A DNA stretch of 64,000 bases from the NCBI GenBank assembly GCA_030390025.1, contig CM059432.1, positions 42,968,001 to 43,032,000 of the forward strand, read 5' to 3'. The position numbers and the translations under genes are program-made. Each line of letters starts with the position of its first letter. Within the stretch, counting starts at the first letter, position 1. The stretch is from Squalus acanthias (Eukaryota). Shown here in pieces: positions 26,928-36,968 of the stretch. The notes under the pieces were generated by a model. The model was not told where the DNA came from and searched no databases. It worked only from the letters and a program-made list of their open reading frames with translations.

Positions 26928-27393
26928 GGCCAAAATTTTAATCTGGAGGTGGGTAGGGAGTGGGGGGGGGGGGGGGTGCTAGAAAGTGATCGGGAAACCT
27001 GAGAGAACCTGGCGGGGGGGGGGGGGGCGGGCAGCGAAGGATCAGAGGCCTGGCATGGGGGGGATCAGAGGCCTCGGGGGGGAGGGGGGGGTGGGGGTGT
27101 CCGGTCACGGGGTGTGGGTGAGGCAGGGATCCTGGATCCAGGAGGTAAGTGGAAAGGCACTTATCCATCAGTCCTCACCTCACTTTAGCTGGCGGGTTCC
27201 CCGAGGCCCGGGAAGCCCGACCAGCCAGAGTTAAATTTGAAATGGTGGATCACCATGAGGCCTGCCAGCCTCGTTATAGTATTTAAATGGTGTCCCGCCA
27301 CCTAGGAGCGGGTTGGCTGCCCGCCTCCATTAAAACCAGAAGTGAGCGTGTTGGAGGTGGATTGGGGTCGGGATTCGGTTTAAAGTTCCCCCC
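26928..27393. mobile_element. MITE, family C, inserted in the SINE head
   Basis: TSD TTA (26925-26927, 27394-27396); degenerate TIRs. Confidence 0.75.
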
Positions 27394-27627
27394 TTAATCA
27401 CAAAAGTCGAGGCTGACATTCCAGTGGAGTACTGAGTGAGTGCTGCACTGTCGGAGGTGGAGTCTTTTGGATGAGACATTAACCCGAGGTCCCGTCTGCT
27501 CTCGCAGGTGGATCTATAAGATCCCATGGCATTATTTCGAAGTGGTGCAGGGAAATTATTCCAGGTGTCCTGGCTAATATTTATCACTCAATCAACTTCA
27601 CTAAAAAAAACAGATTACCTGGTCATT

Positions 27628-28787
27628 TTGATGAGGTAACAGAGAGGGTGAATGAGGGCCTGTGCAATAAAAGTACTACATATTAGGCTCGTTAGCAACA
27701 TTGAAGCCCAAGGGATAAAAGGGGCAGTAGCTGCATGGATACAAAATTGGCTATGGGATAGAAAACAGAGAGTTGTGGAGAATTGCTGTTTATCGGACTG
27801 GAGGGAGGTATACAGTGGCATTCCCCAAGGTTCAGTACTGGGACCACTGCTGTTTTTGATGTACATTAATGACTTGGACTTGGGGGTATAGGGCACATTT
27901 TCAAAATTTGCAGATGACACGAAACTTGAAAGTGTAATAAACAGTGAGGAATTTAGTAATATACTTCAAGAGGATGTAGACAAGCTGGTGGAATGGGCGG
28001 ACACATTGCAGATGAAATTCAAAGCAGAAAAGTGTGAGGTGCTAAATTTTGGGAGGAAGATTGAGGAGAGACAAAACAAGATAAATGGTACAATTTTAAC
28101 GTGGGTGCAAGAACAGAGAGACCTGGGGTTGTTTGTGCACAAATCTTTGAAGGTGGCAGAACAGGTTAACAAAGCAATTAATAAAGCATGTGGGATCCTG
28201 GGCTTTATAAATAGAGGCACAGAGTATACAAGCCAGGCAGTTATGTTAAACCTACATAAAACACCAGTTCGGCCCCAGCTGGAGTATGGTGTCCAATTCT
28301 GGGCACCACACTTTAGGAAGAACTCAAGGCTTTGCAGAGGGTACAGAAGAGATTTACTAGAATGGTTCCAGGGATGAGGGATTACAGCTACGTGGATAGA
28401 CTAGAGAAGCTGGAGTTGTTCTCCTTAGAGCAGAGAAGACTAAGAGGAGATCTGATAATGAATCATGAAGGGTTTAGATAGAGTAAATAAAGAGAAATTG
28501 TTTCCAATGGCTGAAGGGTCGATGAGAGGGCACAGACTTAAGGCAAAAGAACCAGAGGCGACATGAGGGAAAACTTTTTTACACAACGAACGGTTAGGAT
28601 GGTGGATACAGAGTCAATACTAGCCTTCAAAAGGGAATTGGATAAATTCTTGAAGGAGAAAAAATTGCAGGAATACGGGGAAAGAGCGGGGGAGTGGGTC
28701 TAACTGGATTGCTCTTCGAAAGAGCCGGTGCAGACTTGATGGTCCGAATGGCCTCCTTCTGTGCTGTACTATTCTATGATTCTATGA
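27628..28787 (+). mobile_element. 5'-truncated CR1 LINE inside the DeuSINE
   Basis: GIPQGSVLGP, FADD, RPQLEYGVQFW peptides; TTCTATGA tail. Confidence 0.92.
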
Positions 28788-29707
28788 ATATCACATTGCT
28801 GTTTGTGGGAGCTTGCTGTGCGCAAATTGGCTGCCGTGTTTCCTACATTACAACAGTGACTACACTTCAAAAGTACTTCATTGGCTGTAAAGTGCTTTGG
28901 AACGTCCTGAAGTCATGAAAGGCGCTATATAAATGCAAGTCTTTCTTTTCTTTCTTTCTAACTGAGCTTTTATTCAGATGGGGCAATCGCAACTTTAAAT
29001 ACTCTCATGAACTGCCTCCATTTCACTGACAAGATTCACGAGCCACGAGAATCCCGTGCTGGAGACGTTACATTTAAAGGCCAGTGAAATTCAATTTAAA
29101 AGATTTAATTAGCGTCTCATATGGATGTTAATTGCTGCGATAACTACCCGCTCGTCTGCACTAATTAAGGTCCTGACTGCGGCGAGCAGGTTATTCGCAT
29201 GCATCCAAATGCACCTCCATTAAACCCGAAAGTGGGAGCGATCGAGCCGGGTTGCAGTCCCAATTCAAAAATCAATCATTTTAGCTACCCACCCGCCCCA
29301 ACCCACCCGTTCTTGGGGGTTAAAATTCTATGTGGTAGATTGCTGCTGAGGTATTTCTGAATGATCTATTTCTGTAGAAGAAATATAAATATGTATTTCT
29401 GAAACTCAAATGGATCTACTAATCAAAGACATATTCAAACAAAACTCACAGGATGCCAGTATCTTAACTGAATTACTTGCTCCTCCTTTAGATATCTGTC
29501 ACAGACATAACATCTGTTCTGGGGCTATTGTGTGTCAAAACAATCCGGGCCATTTTTTGTGAGTGAACCTGGTTTTTGACTAGTATGTACCATATTAGAA
29601 TGAAAAAGCTAATTGCAAGATATATCATAGACAAAAGTGAGGTTAACAGTAAAATATCAAAACTGAACTGAATCTCAATTGTTACAACTTCTATATATAA
29701 AGGATAT

Positions 29708-31102
29708 TCATAGAATCATAGAATCATAGGAGGAAAAATTGAGTCGCGCCCCCTTTGGGGCACTAACTTCGCTGGGGCGCTACTTTTAGCGCCTCGAAAA
29801 AATTATCGCCCCCGCGGCCGAAATTCATCAGTAGCACCCTAAGAGGGAAGCGGGGTGCTACTGGAAGCACCCCGCCTCCCTCTTGAGGCGCTGCGAGGGA
29901 ATATCGTGGCCCTACGTGCCGCGGTACTGCAGCCCTTCCTCCCCTTCTTAAAGTGGAGGGGCCTTGCGCAGCGCGACCCGGGGCCCAGCAGGGGCCACCA
30001 GGGATCGGAGTGCCGGCAAAAGAGCCCAGCACTCAAGAGAAGTGCCGAGCTCACGGAGCGCAGCTGGCACTCCGCGGGGGGGCTGAAGAGGAGGCAGGGA
30101 ACGGCAACGGGGGCAGGTGCTGCAGGCGGCCAGCAACAAAAATGGCCGCCCGGCACCTCGCCTTTAATTAGCGCCGCCACGTCCGCAGGTAGGGCCCCCT
30201 GACCCCGTCGGACATAGTGTCCGGTGGTAAGTCAGGGAGCGCTACCGAAGATTGAGGCCGGGGCGCGAGCGGGGCGCTGCACACGGTGATCACATCATTG
30301 CCGGTGGCGCATCGCCGTGGGGCGCTAATGGTTACTGCCGCCGCTAACCACCCACTGAATTTCACGGGAGGTGTTGGCAGCGCCGCACCCGGGCGCTAGT
30401 TGCTTTGCGCCCCATCAGCGCCCTCTTAGGGCGCTAACGGGAGGCACAAAGCAACCAAATTTTTCCCCCATAGAATTTATGGCACAGAAGGAGGCCATTC
30501 GGCCCATCGTGTCTGTGCTGGCCAAAAAAGAGCTATCCAGCCTAATCCTACTTTCCAGCTCTTGGTCCGTAGCCGTGTAGGTTACGGCACTTCAAGTGCA
30601 CATCCAAGTACTTTTTAAATGCAATGAAGGTTTCTGCCTCTAGCACCCTTTCAGGCAGCGAGTTCCAGACCCCCATCACCCTCTGGGTGAAAAAAGTTCT
30701 CCTCGACTCCCCTCTAATCCTTCTAAATCTATGCCCCTGGTTATCTATGCTCTCTGCTAAGGGAAATAAGTCCTTCTTATCCACTCTATCTAGGCCCCTC
30801 ATAATTGTATACACCTCAATTAAGTCTCCTCTGTTCCAAAGAAAACAACCCTAGCCTATCCAATCTTTCCTCATAGCTAATAGTCTCCAGTCCTGGCAAC
30901 ATCCTCATAAATCTCCTCTGTACCCTCTCTAGTGCAATCACATCTTTTCTGTAATGTGGTGACCAGAATTGTACGCAGTACTCTAGCTGTGGCCTAACTA
31001 GTGTTTTATACTGTTCAAGCATAACCTCGCTGCTCATAAATTCTATGCTTCGGCTCATAAAAGGAAAGTATCCCCTATGTCTTCTTAACCACCTTATCTA
31101 CC
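29708..31102 (-). mobile_element. 5'-truncated CR1 LINE with a MITE in its tail
   Basis: RPQLEYCVQFWSP peptide; (TCATAGAA)n tail at 29708. Confidence 0.88.
29729..30469. mobile_element. GC-rich Harbinger MITE sharing ends with the autonomous element
   Basis: TIR GG(A/G)GGAAAAATT; TSD ATA; subterminal GCCTCCCGTTAG as in the elements starting at 54543 and 58205. Confidence 0.88.
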
Positions 31103-33121
31103 AGCACCATGAGCAACGAGAACAGTTTCTATTGCACCTATGAAAAAGCTAAAGAGGGAAAAAAAGGTAAAATAATTACCTTACACAATAATGGCAAACC
31201 ATATATCAGGGAATATTACTACAAAACATGGCACAAAAATTTATATGAAATATAATAAAATACTAAAAAATAATAAGGAAATACAGGCAATGCTCCCAAG
31301 TCTGCAAGATCTAAATAAAGAGCTGGCAAAAAAGCAGGAGCCAAAAATCCTACAACAGAGAGGACTAGCATTAAAATAAATGTACCCCTGTGCCAGTATA
31401 TCATCTGAATGTTGCGGCCACACAATAATTGAAATAATTTGCCTTAATACAATTTAAAGAAAGTTTACCTAAACTCCACCCTTGGTCCTACCCTCCAGTC
31501 TTCTGTTTAGTTTTGGACTTGGCAATAGTGACATCCCAACTGATATATAATTTAGACTGTAGTTTTGCATGGGCGTATGAAGATCTAGAATGTCATATTT
31601 TCTCGAACAGAATTAATAGAAAGAAATACTTTCATTTATATAGCTCCTTTCATGACCTTAGGATGTCCCAAAGCATTTTACAGCCAATCAAATACTTTTG
31701 AAGTGTAGTAATGCAGAAAACGCGTCAGTCAATATGCGCACAGTAAGGTTCCACAAACAGCAATGAGACAATGACCAGATAATCTGTTTTTTGGTGAGAA
31801 TACATGAACTCATTTCTCTTATTTGGAAGGAGGAGAGCATGCCAGGGGATCTCAGAGATGCCATAATCGTGACCATCTTCAAGAAAGGTGACAAGGCCGA
31901 TTGCGGTAACTACAGAGCAGTTTCCCTGCTGGCTGCCACAGGGAAAGTCATCGTAAGAATCCTTCTCAATCGCCTTCTCCCAGTGGCTGAAGAGCTCCTC
32001 CCAGAGTCGCAATGCGGATTCCGCCCACTAAGGGGCATAATAGACATGATCTTCACCACACGTCAAATATAAGAGAAATGCAGGGAACAGCACCAACCGC
32101 TGTACATGGCCGTCTTTGACCTCACAAAGGCCTTCGACACTATCAACCGTGAGGGATTATGGAGTGTCCTCCTCAAATTCGGCTGCCCTCAAAATTTTGT
32201 CACCATCCTCCGCCTGCTTCACGACGACATGCAAGCCGTGATCCTGACCAACGGATCCACCACAGACCCAATTCACGTACGGACCGGGGTCAAGCAAAGC
32301 TGTGACAGTACTGCCCCCCGATTATCAAAATCCATGACGAGGCCTTGGACAATGTGGATCACTTTCCATACCTCGGGAGCCTACTGTCAACAAGGGCAGA
32401 CATCGATGATGAAGTCCAACACCGCCTTCAGTGTGCCAGTGCAGCCTTCGGTCGCCTGAGGAAGAGAATGTTTGAAGACCAGGACCTCAAACCCGGCACC
32501 AAGCTCATGGTCTACAGACCAGTAGTGATTCCCACCCTCCTGTATGCTTCAGAGACATGGACCATGTACAGCAGGCATCTCAAAGCACTGGAGAGGTACC
32601 ACCAATGTTGCCTCCGCAAGATCCTGCAAATCCATTGGCAGGATAGGCACACCAACATCAGTGTTCTCGCTCAGGCCAACATCCCCAGCATCGAAGCTTT
32701 GACCACGCTCGATCAGCTCCGATGGACGGGCCACATCGTCCACATACCCGATACGAGACTCCCAAAACAAGCTGACGTAATAAAGACTCACTACGCACTT
32801 GAACATAAAGCAAGGCTTTAATCAACTTGTAACAAAACATGGAGGTCTAATTAGCAGTCACTAGCTTCCTGTTTCCAGATTGTCTCTGCCCAAGGTGGGC
32901 CCATGCCTGAGTATTTATACTCCCTGGACGGCGCCCCAGCTGGCCGCCCAGTAGTACTTCCTGAGTTGTTACTTGCGATTTATGACATTCTTCCTCCCTA
33001 AAAGGTTTGGAAGTCCAGTCTTCCTTTAACGGACTAGGCGGACCAGAAATAGCCGTAGACGTTTAGCTCTCTGCTTGTGACCGGAAGGCACGTCTCCCCG
33101 GACCGTGTCCTGGTCCCTGGG

Positions 33122-36100
33122 TCACTTGGCCCGTACCGGTAAGTCAGTAGAGTCCGCGTCGTCCTGATCATCCTGTGGAGGACTGGGAATAGCATGACTC
33201 CGGGTGCGGGTCCCCACAGGTGCTGAGCTGGCCTCATCCCGGGTCGTGGCTGGAGATTGTCCGGCGTCCTGGTTTCGGGTGGCCATCCTACGGGTAGCGT
33301 CCAGCTCCCTGAGTTGATCCGGTAGCGTTGCCGGCAGATCCCCCGATGTCCCAAGCGGGGCGTCATTTTCATAGGGGTGCGGAGTGTTGATATCCTCGTC
33401 ATGGGATCCTTCATCATTCGGGCCCGTGTGACCGGTTGGGCAGGGAGCCAGATCTCTGAGCGAGACGGTGGCCTCCCGGCCATCAGGGTACCGTACGTGC
33501 GCATACGTGGGGTTTACCTCTGTTAACTCCACCTCGTCAACGAGAGGGTCGTTTTTGGCAGACCGGACGAACCTCCGGAGTAGCACCGGGCCTGGAGCCA
33601 TCAACCATGACGGTAGAGACGTCCCATGTGTAGAGCGACGCCGGAATTTGAAGAATCGCTCATGAGGCGTGACATTAGTAGATGTGGAGAGAAGAGACCT
33701 GATAGAGTGTAACACGTCGGGGAGCACCGTTTCCCACTGCTGGTCCGGTAGGTTGCGTGACCTTAGTGCCAGACGGACAGCGTTCCAGATGATGGCATTG
33801 TATCGTTCAACCTGTCCGTTACCGATTGGGTGATATGGTGTCGTCCTACTTGAGGCGATTCCCCGTTGGGAGAGATAACTTTTAAGTTCACTCGACATAA
33901 AGGAGGGACCCCGATCAGTGTGGATAAAATTGGCCGTCCCGCAAAGGGAAAAGACCTGATCGAGGCATTTAATTACCGTAGAGGTAAGCATATTAGGGCA
34001 GGGGAAGGCGAAGGGAAAGCGTGAATACTCGTCCACCATCGTAAGTAGGTAGGTGTTCCTTGTCGACGAAGGCAATGGCCCTTTAAAGTCTATGCTGAGC
34101 CTCTGCATAGGCTGCATTGCATGTATGAGTAAGCCATCTGATGGGCGAAAGAATTGTGGTTTCAATTCTGCACAAATCCTACAGGAGGAGCATGTTTTCT
34201 TTACGTCCTCGGTTGAAAATGGTAGATTTTTGGAGCGCACAAAGTGCAACATGCGGGTCACACCAGGATGGCATAAGTCCATATGCAAATCCGCCAGAGT
34301 CGACGTTGACATTGAGGAGCAAAATGCCCGTGTGAAGGTATCTGGGGCCACGTTCTGTTTGCCGGGTCGGTAACGGATAGTATATCCAAAGGCAGCCAGC
34401 TCCATCCTCCAGAGTTGAATTTTATTATTTTTGATTTTCGTGCGCCTCCGGTTATCCAACATGAAGGCCACAGAGCGCTGGTCAGTTATAAGCGTAAAAT
34501 GACGCCGAGCAAGAAAATGACCCCATTGGCGTATAGCCTCGATGATGGCCGTAGCCTCCTTCTCGACGGGGGGGTAATGGAGCTCGCTACCCTGCAAGGT
34601 TCTGGATAGGAATGCCACGGGTCGGCCACCTTGATTCAAGGTAGCGGAGATCGCCAGCTCCGATGCATCGCATTCAACCACAAAAGGAAGATTTTCGTCA
34701 ATGGAGCGAAGCGTGGCTTTCTCCAGCTGTCGTTTGAGGAGGTTGAAGGCAGAAATAGCCGTAGCTTCCAATGGAAAAGACTTCGCATGGAGCAGGGGCT
34801 GTATTTTATCGGAGAAGTGTGGTATCCATTTTGCGTAATAAGCAAACATGCCAAGTGCCCGACGAAGAGAGCCGAGGTTCGTCGGGGGAGGGAGCTCCTG
34901 AAGTGGACGAAGTCGCTCTGGGTCCGGTTTAATAACACCGTTGCCCACCCAGTAGCCAAGAATGTTCACCGATGGCACCGACTTCACCGATTTGGATTCG
35001 TTTAACGTTAAGTGGCGACGGCGGAGTACGTCAAAAAATCTCTGAAGATTGGCGTCATGCTCCTTTTGATCATGGCCGGCAATAGTGATATTGTCTAAAT
35101 ACGGAAAGGTATCCGTCAAGTTCTCTTGCCGGACTAGGCCATCCATGGCCCGTTGGAAGACGGCCACCCCATTGGTGACCCCGAATGGAAGGCGGCGAAA
35201 CTGGAAAAGCCGACCATTGGCCTCAAAGGCCGTATACTTCTTGTCGGAGTCTTGCAGTGGCACCTGATGGTACGCGCTTTTTAAATCGAAGGTCGAGAAT
35301 ACCTTGTATTTGGCAAGGTTGTTGACCATGTCATCTATGCGTGGCAGCGGGTAGGCATCCAGATCGGTATATTGATTAATAGTCTGCGAATAATCGATAC
35401 ACAGACGTTTTTTATGTTGTTTTAAGGGATTCCTCACAATGACGACCTGAGCCCGCCAGGGAGATGAACATGGCTCGATAATACCGTCGACTAAAAGGCG
35501 AGAGATTTCCGCCTCAATAAACGCTCGATCGTCTTGGCTAAAGCGCCGCGATTTGGTGGCTATGGGTTTACAGCGGGGGGGAAGATTGGCAAACAGGGAG
35601 GGTTCACCGAGTAAGGCCGCCAAGAGTGCACAAAACGGCACCTTAGAAATGGTAAACTCCGGCCTTGACCCTCCAAACTCAAAAGTGATCTTCTTGTGCT
35701 GCTTCTGGAAGTCCTGTCCCAGAAGCACATCGCTGCATAAGTTTGCGAGTACTCCGAGCCGGGTGGAGAGATACGTGCGGCCGTTGAGGATGAGGTTGAC
35801 AAGACAGAAGCCAGAAGAATTGGTGGTCAGAGTCGTCAGAGCCATTGCAATCTCCCTGTCCGAGGGATAAATGTGCAGTTTTAACCTGTTGACAGCCCGC
35901 TTACTAATGAAGCTGTCAGAGCTGCAGGAGTCGATTAGCGCGCTTAGAGTGTGCCCATTTACTGAAACCTTCGTGGCTGCATGGGACAAACTTTGGGGAA
36001 AAACAGCCTGTGATGGGAGGAGGGGCAATTTTCCCTTCGGCAACTGTAGCCTTAACAGTAGTTCTTGGGGGAGGAGCAGCTCCATAGATAGCAGCTGTGA

Positions 36101-36157
36101 AGCTAACAGGAGCTCTCGACCGGTATACTTTAGAGGAGCGGCCTTTCTTGTTAGCAA
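33122..36157 (-). CDS. pol: Pol (protease-RT-RNase H-integrase), in the +1 frame relative to gag
   Basis: LIDSCSS, FDLKSAYHQ, LPFG, YLDN, CDAS, TDQ, HHCC zinc finger, DFKGP/TDRG/VERYN integrase motifs; uninterrupted ORF. Confidence 0.93.
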   Translation of the reverse strand: MLTRKAAPLKYTGRELLLASQLLSMELLLPQELLLRLQLPKGKLPLLPSQAVFPQSLSHAATKVSVNGHTLSALIDSCSSDSFISKRAVNRLKLHIYPSDREIAMALTTLTTNSSGFCLVNLILNGRTYLSTRLGVLANLCSDVLLGQDFQKQHKKITFEFGGSRPEFTISKVPFCALLAALLGEPSLFANLPPRCKPIATKSRRFSQDDRAFIEAEISRLLVDGIIEPCSSPWRAQVVIVRNPLKQHKKRLCIDYSQTINQYTDLDAYPLPRIDDMVNNLAKYKVFSTFDLKSAYHQVPLQDSDKKYTAFEANGRLFQFRRLPFGVTNGVAVFQRAMDGLVRQENLTDTFPYLDNITIAGHDQKEHDANLQRFFDVLRRRHLTLNESKSVKSVPSVNILGYWVGNGVIKPDPERLRPLQELPPPTNLGSLRRALGMFAYYAKWIPHFSDKIQPLLHAKSFPLEATAISAFNLLKRQLEKATLRSIDENLPFVVECDASELAISATLNQGGRPVAFLSRTLQGSELHYPPVEKEATAIIEAIRQWGHFLARRHFTLITDQRSVAFMLDNRRRTKIKNNKIQLWRMELAAFGYTIRYRPGKQNVAPDTFTRAFCSSMSTSTLADLHMDLCHPGVTRMLHFVRSKNLPFSTEDVKKTCSSCRICAELKPQFFRPSDGLLIHAMQPMQRLSIDFKGPLPSSTRNTYLLTMVDEYSRFPFAFPCPNMLTSTVIKCLDQVFSLCGTANFIHTDRGPSFMSSELKSYLSQRGIASSRTTPYHPIGNGQVERYNAIIWNAVRLALRSRNLPDQQWETVLPDVLHSIRSLLSTSTNVTPHERFFKFRRRSTHGTSLPSWLMAPGPVLLRRFVRSAKNDPLVDEVELTEVNPTYAHVRYPDGREATVSLRDLAPCPTGHTGPNDEGSHDEDINTPHPYENDAPLGTSGDLPATLPDQLRELDATRRMATRNQDAGQSPATTRDEASSAPVGTRTRSHAIPSPPQDDQDDADSTDLPVRAK

Positions 36158-36968
36158 AGGCCCGTGACTGGCATACCTTGGAAAAGTGTCCTTTCTTGCT
36201 GCAATGATTGCAGGTCACATTACGAGCCGGGCAAAATTTTCTGTGATGGCACGCCCCTCCACAAAAGAAACACTTTCTTCCTGATTGCCAGGATGCTGCT
36301 AGGGCGGGGTCGTCATCAGCGAAGGCCTCTAGGGTAGGGTCGTCGTCCGTTAGAGTAGAGACAACATCAGTGGGGGCATCCGCCCGAGACCTACCGAAAG
36401 ACTCATTAAAGGAGATAGCCGCCGCCCGTGCACGTGGTGGGAGATAAGTGTCTGCATTTTTCTTGGCCAAGTCCAAGGAACACGCCTGGTCATAAGCAGC
36501 CCGTAAATTGAGGGTTTTATTTTCCAGCAGGCGCTGACGTATAAAAGGGGACGCGATCCCATTGATAAAGGAATCGCGGATTAGTTCCTCTTGATACTGT
36601 TCAGCTGTAACTGCTTTAAGGTCACAATCCTTGCTGAGCCTGCGAAGTTTCTGGAGAAATTCATCGAGTGATTCCCCAGGCTGCTGCCGAGTTGTGGCCA
36701 GTAGGTGTCGAGCAAAGATTTCATTTGGGGACTTGACATATAGCTGCTGTAAGATTTCGATAGCAGTGTCATAGACTATACAGTCCTCAATATAATCATA
36801 CACATGAGGAGACACGTAGTTGATAAGCATTCGTAACTTATTAGGGACATCCGCCCCACATTCTTCAAGAAGGTTGCTAAAGGTACGAAACCAATGCTTC
36901 CATACCTTCGCTGCCGCAGGTGCATTCGGGTCCAGGTCGAGACGAGCGGGTCTGAGGAGTTTTTCCAT
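35916..36968 (-). CDS. gag: Gag with two zinc knuckles
   Basis: 350-aa ORF; CFFCGGACHHRKFC and CNHCSKKGHFSKVC motifs. Confidence 0.9.
   Translation of the reverse strand: MEKLLRPARLDLDPNAPAAAKVWKHWFRTFSNLLEECGADVPNKLRMLINYVSPHVYDYIEDCIVYDTAIEILQQLYVKSPNEIFARHLLATTRQQPGESLDEFLQKLRRLSKDCDLKAVTAEQYQEELIRDSFINGIASPFIRQRLLENKTLNLRAAYDQACSLDLAKKNADTYLPPRARAAAISFNESFGRSRADAPTDVVSTLTDDDPTLEAFADDDPALAASWQSGRKCFFCGGACHHRKFCPARNVTCNHCSKKGHFSKVCQSRAFANKKGRSSKVYRSRAPVSFTAAIYGAAPPPRTTVKATVAEGKIAPPPITGCFSPKFVPCSHEGFSKWAHSKRANRLLQL

Larger units (their letters stand above)
26849..28958 (+). mobile_element. Full-length tRNA-headed DeuSINE interrupted by a MITE and a CR1
   Basis: A/B-box head (GTGACTCAGTT..GGGTTCAAGTCCC); body at 27397-27627; Deu core and tail at 28788-28958. 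Confidence 0.8.

Noticed and set aside
33034..33504. Extra env-like ORF after the integrase
   Set aside because: It overlaps the low-complexity pol tail and has no signal peptide or transmembrane segment.
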